Of a DNA stretch of 32,000 bases, positions 1-7,433 are shown piece after piece. The position numbers were made by a program, and so were the translations under genes. The notes beneath the pieces are model-generated. The model did no database searches. It was given only the letters and a program-made list of their open reading frames with translations, and was not told the DNA's origin. The stretch comes from Chloroflexota bacterium (GTDB taxonomy: Bacteria; Chloroflexota; Anaerolineae; UBA4142): contig JBBIUF010000019.1 in NCBI GenBank assembly GCA_037440365.1, positions 1 through 32,000 on the forward strand, written 5' to 3'. The stretch's first letter is position 1. Every line of letters begins with the position of its first letter.

Positions 1-1187
1 GCTTCCGCTTCCCCCGCACGCGCCGCGTCATCCGCCAACAGCATGCCGAGGTTGTTGTGCGCGCCAGCATCCTTCGGGTCAAGCCGAATCGCTTCGCGAT
101 ATGCGTTCTCAGCATCCACTAAATTATTGACTTGATGCGATTTGAGTCCTTGGGCAAAAAATGCCAACGCGCGATGCTTTTTTGCGTTTACCTGTTGTTG
201 CTCGGTCTGTTTTTCCAGCGCGGTTGCAATCTCCGCAAGCATATCAGCGACTTTGTCTTCTTGTGGAAAACGCTTGAGTTGTTCAATCATTTCATCTTGC
301 CGCTTGGATATGGAACCTAGCATTGTTGCAACATGAAAGCCGACCACGCCGCGAATATCTTCCATCAGCGCATCAAAGCCCTCAATCTCGACGAGGGAGC
401 CATGTTTCTTTTTCAGTAATGCCTTGACCTGGGCGTTCAGTTCCTCGCCGCGCCGGACACACCAGTACAACTCGCGCTGGTCGGAAAGTCTTTCGTTCAG
501 CATTTTCATCACGGACTTGTCGCCGCCGCTATAGCCCACCACAATCAAATCGTACTCGTTTAACACACCGGCAACCTGTTCCACCATATTGGGGTCTTGC
601 GCGCGGAGCTCGCCGCCGGTATTTTTTAGTTTCGAGTAGAGGAAATCGCCATGCAGTTTGAGGATTTTTGGGCGCGTCGCGGTCAAACGCATTTCGGATG
701 CCAGCACGCCATAGGCATACACCACCGGGCGAATGTCGGTAAAGGTCGCGCACGCGCTATACACCAAATCATCAAAGTTTGTCGTGATCATCGCGTTGAG
801 GTACCCTGTTGCCATCAAGTTTGCCAGCATTACATAGCCCAACGATGGCTTGGCATCTCGGATAATTTTTTCCTCAATGTATTTTTGTCTGCCGCGTTCC
901 TTGGATTCCATCCGCACAAAGAGCGAACCATACGGATTTTTCGGATCATACCAGTCTTGTTTTACGATCCACGCTTCCTTTTCCGCATCGGTCTTGTATT
1001 CAGCGGGACACTCGCGCCCCCAAATTTCCTGTTTGAAATCGCGAATCATCCAACCGGCGGTAGGAATTCTGGAATCGGCGGACGCGCCCGCGCCAAGGAA
1101 AAACGCAAAGCGCGCGCTGGGTGTGTCAGCGTAACCTTTGATCTTGTACGCTAGATCTTTGATTGCGATTTGATTGAAATTGGACAT
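1..1187 (-). CDS. SIR2-like (SIR2_2-type) domain protein with C-terminal TPR-like repeats; partial, 3' end runs off the left window edge (at least 395 aa visible)
   Basis: Absent from the ORF track because it has no in-window stop. Frame checked by hand: ATG at 1187 with GGAGA upstream, and no in-frame stop down to base 1. The translation starts MSNFNQIAIKDLAYKIKGYADTPSARFAFFLGAGASADSRIPTAGW. It continues with ITTNFDDLVY, KILKLHGDF and LIVVGYSGGDKSV, the GAGxS / TTNxD / LHG / GYSxxD series typical of SIR2_2-type proteins. The distal part (AENAYREAIRLDPKDAGAHNNLGMLL) looks like TPR. Confidence 0.75.
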   Translation of the reverse strand, partial: MSNFNQIAIKDLAYKIKGYADTPSARFAFFLGAGASADSRIPTAGWMIRDFKQEIWGRECPAEYKTDAEKEAWIVKQDWYDPKNPYGSLFVRMESKERGRQKYIEEKIIRDAKPSLGYVMLANLMATGYLNAMITTNFDDLVYSACATFTDIRPVVYAYGVLASEMRLTATRPKILKLHGDFLYSKLKNTGGELRAQDPNMVEQVAGVLNEYDLIVVGYSGGDKSVMKMLNERLSDQRELYWCVRRGEELNAQVKALLKKKHGSLVEIEGFDALMEDIRGVVGFHVATMLGSISKRQDEMIEQLKRFPQEDKVADMLAEIATALEKQTEQQQVNAKKHRALAFFAQGLKSHQVNNLVDAENAYREAIRLDPKDAGAHNNLGMLLADDAARAGEAE

Positions 1188-1259
1188 TGTGGTCTCCAAA
1201 GAACAAGAGGATTGTGCGTCTGCAAGCATTCAACGGTTGCTTTCCTACCATCCCAACGA

Positions 1260-1922
1260 TTATTGTTCCACGTCAATTAGTCCCTTGCGAATGGCGTACT
1301 TGACCAACTCGGTGCGGCTGTGCAAATTGAGTTTCGCCATAATGTTGGCGCGATGCCGCTCGACAGTTTTCACGCTGATCGTCAACCGGTCGGCGATCTC
1401 TTGATTCAGCGAGCCATCGGCGATGAGTTTCAAGACTTGATGCTCGCGCTCGGTCAAGCCGTCAAACGTTTCACGCTCGCCGCCGCCCTGCGCCACGCGC
1501 CCCATATAATCGCGCACGAGCGATTTAGCCAGCGCGGGGTACAGGAACACGCCGCCGCCGCACACCGTGCGGATCGCCATCACCAGGTCGGTGGGCGCGG
1601 CTTTTTTCGGCACATAGCCGGACGCGCCGGCGTCAAGCATCTTGAAAAAGTATTCGTCGCTCTCGTGCATCGTCAACGCCAGGATCGCCACCTGGGGAAA
1701 CGCCTTTTTGATTTGGCGCGTCGCTTCAAAGCCATCCAGGTCCGGCAAGGAAATATCCATCAGCACAATATCCGGTTGGAGTGAACGCACCTGGGTCACC
1801 GCGTCGCGCCCGTTATCCGCTTCGCCCACAATGTCAATATCGGTCTGCGCCTGCAACAGCATCCGCAAACCCGCGCGCACAATTTCGTGATCGTCCACCA
1901 TCAAGAGTTTAATTTTGGTCAT
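1260..1922 (-). CDS. NarL/LuxR-family response regulator (receiver domain + LuxR-type HTH)
   Basis: MTKIKLLMVDDHEIVRAGLRMLL and DIVLMDISLPDLDG form the receiver acidic pocket. C-terminal LTEREHQVLKLIADGSLNQEIADRLTISVKTVERHRANIMAKL is a LuxR HTH. The ORF track starts at GTG 1937. I prefer ATG 1922, which has GGAG about 6 nt upstream and gives the canonical N-terminus. Confidence 0.9.
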   Translation of the reverse strand: MTKIKLLMVDDHEIVRAGLRMLLQAQTDIDIVGEADNGRDAVTQVRSLQPDIVLMDISLPDLDGFEATRQIKKAFPQVAILALTMHESDEYFFKMLDAGASGYVPKKAAPTDLVMAIRTVCGGGVFLYPALAKSLVRDYMGRVAQGGGERETFDGLTEREHQVLKLIADGSLNQEIADRLTISVKTVERHRANIMAKLNLHSRTELVKYAIRKGLIDVEQ

Positions 1923-1953
1923 GGCTTGCTCCGTCACACCCTAAACGCACGAG

Positions 1954-2038
1954 TGTCATGGCGAGGAGCTGGTTTTGCGACGAAGCAATCCGCAACGTCG
2001 CTGGAGATTGCTTCGCCGCTTCGCGGCTCGCAATGACA
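1954..2038. repeat. Nested inverted-repeat element (REP/MITE-like) in the kinase-regulator spacer
   Basis: Outer arms tgtcatggcgag (1954-1965) and ctcgcaatgaca (2027-2038) are 11 of 12 complementary. Inner arms cgaagcaatc (1981-1990) and gattgcttcg (2006-2015) are a perfect 10-bp pair. The element translates inside spurious ORFs as LLRRFAARNDK and VIASREAAKQSP, strings I recognise from dispersed intergenic repeats misannotated as small proteins in other genomes. Confidence 0.6.
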
Positions 2039-2057
2039 AAATGGAATTTTTCACCCG

Positions 2058-4004
2058 TTACGCCATTGGCACTTGGACCGTTATCGTGGTGCCGCGCCCC
2101 AGCACAGACTCGACACTGAATTTGCCGCCGACGAGTTCGACGCGCTCTTGCACGCCGAGCAAGCCCCACGCCAGTTGTTTGCCCTGCTTGCCCAGAATGT
2201 CTTGGACAATAAAACCGCGCCCGTTATCTTGCACGGTGAGCGTGACGAGTTGCTCGGCGAATTCCAAACGCACCGTCGCCTGGGTTGCGCGCGCGTGCCG
2301 CCCCACATTGTTCAAGCCCTCTTGCGCGATGCGAAACAAGACCGTTTCAACGCGCAAAGGCAAGCGGCATTTGTTGCCCGTCACTTGAAACTCGACCTGG
2401 AGTTTGGTGCGCTCGGCGTACTGTTGCGCAAACCAGCGCAATGCCGAAACCAAGCCCATATCGTCGAGGACGGACGGGCGCAAGTCCGCGACGAATTGGC
2501 GCAGACTGTCAATCGAACTCATCGTCATGGTTTTGAGTTGCGCGATTTGTTTTTGCGCGAGCGGTGGATTTTGCGCAATGGTTTCCTCGATGCCGCCCAA
2601 GCCCACCGCGAGCGCGGTCAGCATTTGCCCGGTTTCGTCGTGCAGTTCGCGCGCGATGCGTTTGCGTTCTTCTTCCTGCGCGGCGACCGCGCGTTCCAGC
2701 AATTGCCCGCGCAGATATTCGCGCTGTTGCACCTCGGCATAGAGCCGCGCATTTTCCAGCGCAATGCCCAGTTGCCGCGCGAGCGTTTGAATCACGGCAT
2801 AGTTTGAAAACGCGGCGCGATGCGCGAGGCACAATGCGCCGACAATGTCGCCGCGCGCGATGAGCGGAACGGCAATGAACGAGGTCGCCGTTTGGCTTGC
2901 CGAGTCATACGCGATCGCGCCCGATTCATACGCTTCATGCGCGGCGCGCTTGGCGCACTCGTCTTCTTTCAGCGCCAAGCGCAGATGCGGGTCGCGCATT
3001 TGACACGCCCGCCGGACGAGCCCGTGCGCGTCGCGATCATGCAAATACACAATGCCCGCGATCATCGGATCCAGCATCGTCACGATCTTGGCGAGTGACT
3101 CGTCAAGCAATTGTTGCATGTCCAGCGACGTGCCCAGGATGCGGCAGGTCTCGAACATGACCATCAATTCGCGCGTGGCGATTTCTTGCGCCGCAAAGCG
3201 CGCTTGGTTCGCGGCGTCCAAGCGCCGCGCGTATTCCACTTCAAAGACGCGCAACATTCGAATCACAAAAATTGCGAGGAATGCAATCGCAAGGATCCGA
3301 AAAACTTCGATGGGCAACCCGAACACGGCGAGAAACATATCGCTATTGAGCCAGGACGCCGGAAAGTACGGCGTGCGCACGTCAATGATCTGATCGAGCA
3401 ACGCGTACCAGCCAATCGCCAATGCCGCGCCCACCATCTCGCGCCCAAACTGCGGCATCCCGTCGCGCAAAAACGCGCGGCGTTGCGCGAGCATCGCCAA
3501 CACAGTTAGAATCGAACCGGGTAAACCGATGCTGTAATTCGTCCACTCTTCGGCAAGCGCGAGGCGGAGCGGAAACACATCGGTGGGTTGATACGCGTGT
3601 TGCAACCACAGAATCCCAGCCAGGTAAAGCATCGAAATCGCCATCGGGATCCAACGCAACCAACGTTTGTGTTGCGGCAACAGTTGGATCAGCAGGCGCA
3701 CGCCAAATTCCAGCAGGCAGAAAAACGACAAGCCCTTCCAGCCGATCTTGACGATTTCCGCCCATTCCGGCTCGCGCGCCACCGTGGGAATCTGCGCCGA
3801 GATCATGGAGAGCATTTCGATCCATTCATTGATGCCGTGGGTGATGCCAAACGCGGCGAGGAACGGCAAGGCGCGGAACAGACGCAATTGGCTCGTGCGC
3901 CCGGTTTCCAGCGCGACGGCAAAGCCGGTGATGAAATGCACCAGCCCATAGACAAAATAAATCGGAATGATGTTCGCTTGGAGAAATGCGGCCAGAACAA
4001 GCAT
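2058..4004 (-). CDS. Sensor histidine kinase: polytopic membrane N-domain + GAF-like domain + HisKA_3 + HATPase_c
   Basis: The first ~270 aa are a run of hydrophobic helices. A central GAF-like stretch follows (ILGTSLDMQQLLDESLAKIV ... IVGALCLAH). The H-box is RIARELHDETGQMLTAL (NarX/DegS type). ATPase boxes are IAQEGLNNVGRHA, DNGRGF and GLLGVQERVELVGG. It is paired with the downstream NarL-type regulator. Confidence 0.9.
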   Translation of the reverse strand: MLVLAAFLQANIIPIYFVYGLVHFITGFAVALETGRTSQLRLFRALPFLAAFGITHGINEWIEMLSMISAQIPTVAREPEWAEIVKIGWKGLSFFCLLEFGVRLLIQLLPQHKRWLRWIPMAISMLYLAGILWLQHAYQPTDVFPLRLALAEEWTNYSIGLPGSILTVLAMLAQRRAFLRDGMPQFGREMVGAALAIGWYALLDQIIDVRTPYFPASWLNSDMFLAVFGLPIEVFRILAIAFLAIFVIRMLRVFEVEYARRLDAANQARFAAQEIATRELMVMFETCRILGTSLDMQQLLDESLAKIVTMLDPMIAGIVYLHDRDAHGLVRRACQMRDPHLRLALKEDECAKRAAHEAYESGAIAYDSASQTATSFIAVPLIARGDIVGALCLAHRAAFSNYAVIQTLARQLGIALENARLYAEVQQREYLRGQLLERAVAAQEEERKRIARELHDETGQMLTALAVGLGGIEETIAQNPPLAQKQIAQLKTMTMSSIDSLRQFVADLRPSVLDDMGLVSALRWFAQQYAERTKLQVEFQVTGNKCRLPLRVETVLFRIAQEGLNNVGRHARATQATVRLEFAEQLVTLTVQDNGRGFIVQDILGKQGKQLAWGLLGVQERVELVGGKFSVESVLGRGTTITVQVPMA

Positions 4005-4017
4005 TTGTGTGGATCGG

Positions 4018-4074
4018 GGTCAGTGAGTGGTGGTCAGTGATTCAAAATCCGAGTACTGACAGCTGACATCTGAC
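4018..4074. promoter_or_regulatory. Phased short repeats upstream of the kinase start (candidate regulator binding sites)
   Basis: ggtcagtga occurs twice (4018-4026 and 4032-4040; 14-bp period). The opposite-orientation core ctgac occurs three times at a 7-bp period (4056, 4063, 4070). The repeats lie between the upstream operon terminator and the kinase ATG at 4004. Confidence 0.35.
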
Positions 4075-4110
4075 GCCAAACTTATTATACAAACGCGGCG
4101 CGATAAATGC

Positions 4111-4145
4111 AAAAACTCCCTCGCCGCAGTGAGACGGCGAGGGAG
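4111..4145 (-). terminator. Rho-independent terminator closing the NrfD-like operon
   Basis: Perfect 11-bp stem ctccctcgccg (4116-4126) / cggcgagggag (4135-4145) with an 8-nt loop. On the minus strand it is followed by TTTTT (complement of 4111-4115). It sits 26 nt after the stop at 4171. Confidence 0.8.
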
Positions 4146-4170
4146 TTGGACGCCAAGCCAGACCGCTCGT

Positions 4171-5742
4171 CTAGGCGTGCATCGGTTCAGCTTGGTGCGT
4201 AAAGACGGGCAAGTTTTTAGCGATCAATCCAAAGCCGACGACACCGAGTGAGAGCAAGAACACGCTAATGGTGATTTCGCCGACCGATGGAATATAGTAC
4301 GGGCCTGCGCCCGCATACGAAGCCCAGCCGAGCAAAGCCGTATTCAAGCGATTGAGAATCACGCCGCCCACGATCAGCCACGCCGAGGCATAGACAATGC
4401 GTGGATTGGCGCGCCCGCGCTTGGTGAGCAGAATGAGCATGGGCGCAATGACGCCCAAGCCCATTTCGATATAGTAGAGCGCGCTGTGGAAACCGGGCAC
4501 GAGCAAATAGGACGTTGCGCCGCGCGCGATCAGGTCAACCACCTTGAGCGCAAAATACAGCACCAGGACAATGCCCGCCGCGCGCCCCAGGTCCGCCAGC
4601 AAATCGCTTTCCAATTCCTTGCCAAACGCGCGCGCGCTTAGATTCGATTCGACAATCGTCATGCCCAAGCCGACGATCACCGCGCTCAGGAAGAAAAAGA
4701 CGGGAAGCAGAGGCGAGTACCAGAGCGGGTTGATCTTTTCTGGAAAGATCAGGAACAAGGTGCCGAGCGATGATTGATGCAACGTGGAGAGACACATGCC
4801 CAGGATCACAAGCGGGATCGTGATCGCGCGCATCACCTTGAGGGGCCAGTCGAGTTTGAAGCGTTCAAAAATGATCGGGCTAAATTCAAGCGCGAGCACC
4901 GTCGTGTAGAGAATGACACACCACGCCACTTCGAGCAAGGGCGAGTGCAAATTCCACATGAACATGGGATGCCACACATTGTACCAGCGTCCCAGGTCAA
5001 AGAGCAAACCGACGATGACCAGCAGGTAACCCAGGAGCGCGGTCAAGATCGCCGGGCGCACAATCGGCTGAAAGCGTTTAAGGTTGAACACGTGCACCGT
5101 GCCAGCCAGGACAAAGCCGCCTGCCGCCAGCGCGACGCCGCTCACCACATCAAAGCCAATCCAGATCCCCCACGGCGATGCGTCACTCATGTTCGTCATA
5201 TAGCCCAAGCCGAAAAAGAAGCGCACCACCGTCAAGCCGATGCCTGCCGTCCACAAGAGCGCGACCAAACTGACCGCGACCAGCGCGCGCCCGGATAAAC
5301 GCGGTAGTTGGATGCGTTGCAAAATTGGAAAGCGTTGGATCAGCGGCGTTGAAATTTCCGGCGTGAGTTCCGGGTGGAGTTTGCGCTCGAGCCACTTGCC
5401 GCCCAGCACCAATACGCCAATCGGCACCATCACGCGCAGGGCGAACAAGTACGCCAGCACCACCGCGTCGCGCGCCATGAGCAACACGGAGATGAACTGA
5501 TTCGTCGCGAGCATATAGCCGATGTAGAGAATCAGCATGATCGCAATCGCGCTTCCGGCGGCAACCAACGCGGGTGGAAAACTAGAGCGCGATTGAGCGG
5601 AAACAACGACCGTCCGATTCGTCAAACGCGGCTCAAGCCAGCGCTGTAACAAGTACAACACGCCAAAGATCAAAACGAACGGCACGACGAGCCGCGCAAT
5701 GAACATGAATACCAGCATAAAAAATTCGAGTGTGGGCGACAT
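4171..5742 (-). CDS. NrfD/PsrC/HybB-type polytopic quinone-interacting membrane subunit with an extra N-terminal helical extension
   Basis: 523 aa, hydrophobic throughout. Core motifs PWGIWIGFDVVSGVALAAGGF and LHSPLLEVAWCVILY are typical of the NrfD family. GGAGG lies 6 nt upstream of ATG 5742. The gene sits directly downstream of the Tat FeS subunit gene. Confidence 0.8.
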   Translation of the reverse strand: MSPTLEFFMLVFMFIARLVVPFVLIFGVLYLLQRWLEPRLTNRTVVVSAQSRSSFPPALVAAGSAIAIMLILYIGYMLATNQFISVLLMARDAVVLAYLFALRVMVPIGVLVLGGKWLERKLHPELTPEISTPLIQRFPILQRIQLPRLSGRALVAVSLVALLWTAGIGLTVVRFFFGLGYMTNMSDASPWGIWIGFDVVSGVALAAGGFVLAGTVHVFNLKRFQPIVRPAILTALLGYLLVIVGLLFDLGRWYNVWHPMFMWNLHSPLLEVAWCVILYTTVLALEFSPIIFERFKLDWPLKVMRAITIPLVILGMCLSTLHQSSLGTLFLIFPEKINPLWYSPLLPVFFFLSAVIVGLGMTIVESNLSARAFGKELESDLLADLGRAAGIVLVLYFALKVVDLIARGATSYLLVPGFHSALYYIEMGLGVIAPMLILLTKRGRANPRIVYASAWLIVGGVILNRLNTALLGWASYAGAGPYYIPSVGEITISVFLLSLGVVGFGLIAKNLPVFTHQAEPMHA

Positions 5743-5789
5743 GGGATTCCTCCAGGATCAAGCTCACAGGTTACAGCCTGACAAGCAAG

Positions 5790-6686
5790 TTATTTTTGAA
5801 GCGTGACCGGCGCGGGTTCCGCTTTGGCTTCATTGCGATGCGTCCACCATGCGATGCCGCTGAGCAAAACAGCCACCGAGCCAAGCACCGCAGGAATTTT
5901 TTCCATCGCCGCCCAGGTCAACTTGGGCAGGGGTTCATTCGGCAAGTCCGTGCGGAAACCTAGCACATCAAAGGGCGTGGCGGTGAGATACAAGCGGGAC
6001 GTGCCGCCAATCACATTTTCGCCATAGACTTGATCAATATACTGAGTCGGGTTCTGGCGGATGATCGTATGCGCGGTCGCCAACAATTCTTCGCGACTGC
6101 CATAGCTCAGCGCTTTTGCCGGACACGCGGCGACACACGCAGGCTTGTCGCGTTTGCCATCCGCCATACACGCTTGCTGACATTTATTGATCTTGGGATT
6201 CGGCGAATTCCAATCGTACTTGGGAATGCCAAACGGACACGCCGTCATGCAATAGCGGCAACCGATGCACACATTGGCGTCATACGCCACCGTGCCATCC
6301 GCTTTTTTGTACAACGCACCCACCGGACACACTGACACGCACGCAGGGTCCTGGCATTGCATACAACCGAACTTGTACGTTTTGACAATAGGTTTGTTTA
6401 GATCTGTCGAAATGTTTTTAAAGCAAACAATCGAGAGGGTCGTTGCCGAAAGACACGTGGGATTGTCGTCAGTGGGCAGGTTGTTGGCAACCTTGCACGC
6501 AGTCTGGCAACTCTTGCAACCCACGCACTTGGTCGTGTCAATCAACACGGCTGAGCCGGCGCGCGGCGAAATTGGCACGGACGCATTCGGATTCAACAAC
6601 ACCGGTGGTGCAATCTTGGCTCCCACCCCGGCTAACGCCGCGCTCGCCCCCACTAATTTAAGAAAATCACGTCGTGAAATATTCAT
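5790..6686 (-). CDS. Tat-exported 4x[4Fe-4S] ferredoxin-type subunit (NrfC/HybA/DsrO-like) with a C-terminal anchor helix
   Basis: There are four Cys clusters: CVGCKSCQTAC, CMQCQDPACVSVCP, CIGCRYCMTACP and CQQAC...CVAACP. The twin-arginine signal is MNISRRDFLKLVGASAALAG. The C-terminal hydrophobic helix is IPAVLGSVAVLLSGIAWW. The ORF track starts at 6713. I prefer ATG 6686 because AAGGAGG lies 6 nt upstream and it places the RR motif at the N-terminus. Confidence 0.85.
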   Translation of the reverse strand: MNISRRDFLKLVGASAALAGVGAKIAPPVLLNPNASVPISPRAGSAVLIDTTKCVGCKSCQTACKVANNLPTDDNPTCLSATTLSIVCFKNISTDLNKPIVKTYKFGCMQCQDPACVSVCPVGALYKKADGTVAYDANVCIGCRYCMTACPFGIPKYDWNSPNPKINKCQQACMADGKRDKPACVAACPAKALSYGSREELLATAHTIIRQNPTQYIDQVYGENVIGGTSRLYLTATPFDVLGFRTDLPNEPLPKLTWAAMEKIPAVLGSVAVLLSGIAWWTHRNEAKAEPAPVTLQK

Positions 6687-6749
6687 CACTCGCCTCCTTG
6701 CGGCAATCATCAACGCACGTTCGCCTGGAGCTTGCCAAGCGAGCGTGGG

Positions 6750-7121
6750 TTACACGCCCAGCGCTTTCGGTTGATACAGCGCACAGGTAAAACATTCGGC
6801 ATTCACATTGCCGCCATCGGCTTGCAGTGCCAGCCAGCACGGCAGATCAGGATGTTGCGCCGCGGCGTTCTGCGCGCGCATCGTCGCTTGATTCTGGAGC
6901 GTATCCCAGCAATGCCCTTGCGCCTCAATTGTTTTCGCCGCGCGCGCCGGGAACGGAATAATTTTTGCGGTGGGGCGCACGACGCGGCGAATTTCGGTTT
7001 GCGGTTGCAATTTCTTTTCGAGCCAGCGTCCGAACGCCAGCGTCAACACGAGCGGCACGCCCACCCGCAAGGCGAACATCACAATCAAACCCGCCAAGTC
7101 AATCAACCCATCGAGCAACAT
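6750..7121 (-). CDS. Small N-terminally anchored protein with a four-Cys soluble tail (function unknown)
   Basis: 123 aa counted from ATG 7121, which has GGAGG 6-7 nt upstream (the ORF track start at 7136 lacks an SD). One TM helix is followed by GRWLEKKL (positive-inside), then HCW-x22-PCW-x14-C-x2-C. Same strand and tight spacing with the flanking genes. Confidence 0.6.
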   Translation of the reverse strand: MLLDGLIDLAGLIVMFALRVGVPLVLTLAFGRWLEKKLQPQTEIRRVVRPTAKIIPFPARAAKTIEAQGHCWDTLQNQATMRAQNAAAQHPDLPCWLALQADGGNVNAECFTCALYQPKALGV

Positions 7122-7151
7122 GGTACACCTCCGCAACGTTCCGGTTGAACA

Positions 7152-7274
7152 TTACATCGTGGTCGTGTGATTCAACGCGCGTTCAAGGCGGCGACCGAGA
7201 TACAGTGTGAACAACACCGGCAAGGCAACGCGCGTGACAAACAGCGTGAGGACGAACACGATTTCGTTCAACAT
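7152..7274 (-). CDS. 40-aa single-helix membrane peptide, first gene of the operon (below the ORF-track length cutoff)
   Basis: Hand translation gives MLNEIVFVLTLFVTRVALPVLFTLYLGRRLERALNHTTTM followed by a stop. GGAGG (complement of 7281-7285) lies 6 nt upstream of the ATG. The stop is 30 nt before the next ATG. The sequence is paralogous to the N-termini of the next protein and of the NrfD-like protein. Confidence 0.5.
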   Translation of the reverse strand: MLNEIVFVLTLFVTRVALPVLFTLYLGRRLERALNHTTTM

Positions 7275-7377
7275 TTTGCGCCTCCCACGGAGCGCGTCTC
7301 TGCGATCCGTCTCTGCCTATGGTATACCACGCCAGCCCGTGCAGTGACTATCCGCTATGCGGTGCATCTTGACGTGA

Positions 7378-7412
7378 GGGCAACACCCCATTCGTGCATG
7401 GGGTGTTTGCCC
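7378..7412. repeat. Imperfect 14-bp inverted repeat (stable hairpin) in the divergent intergenic region
   Basis: gggcaacaccccat (7378-7391) pairs with atggggtgtttgccc (7398-7412), with one bulged t and a 6-nt loop. Confidence 0.6.
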
Positions 7413-7433
7413 GAATCACGCGCGATTCGATAT

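Noticed and set aside
1975-2388. 137-aa plus-strand ORF starting MRRSNPQRRWRLLRRFAARNDK
   Set aside because: Its N-terminus is simply the translated inverted-repeat element, and the rest is antisense to the kinase. It is not a gene.
2073-3825. Multiple plus-strand and alternative-frame ORFs inside the histidine kinase gene (up to 244 aa)
   Set aside because: They are Arg/Ala/Pro-rich shadow frames. The minus-strand frame has the H-box, N-box and G-box of a kinase.
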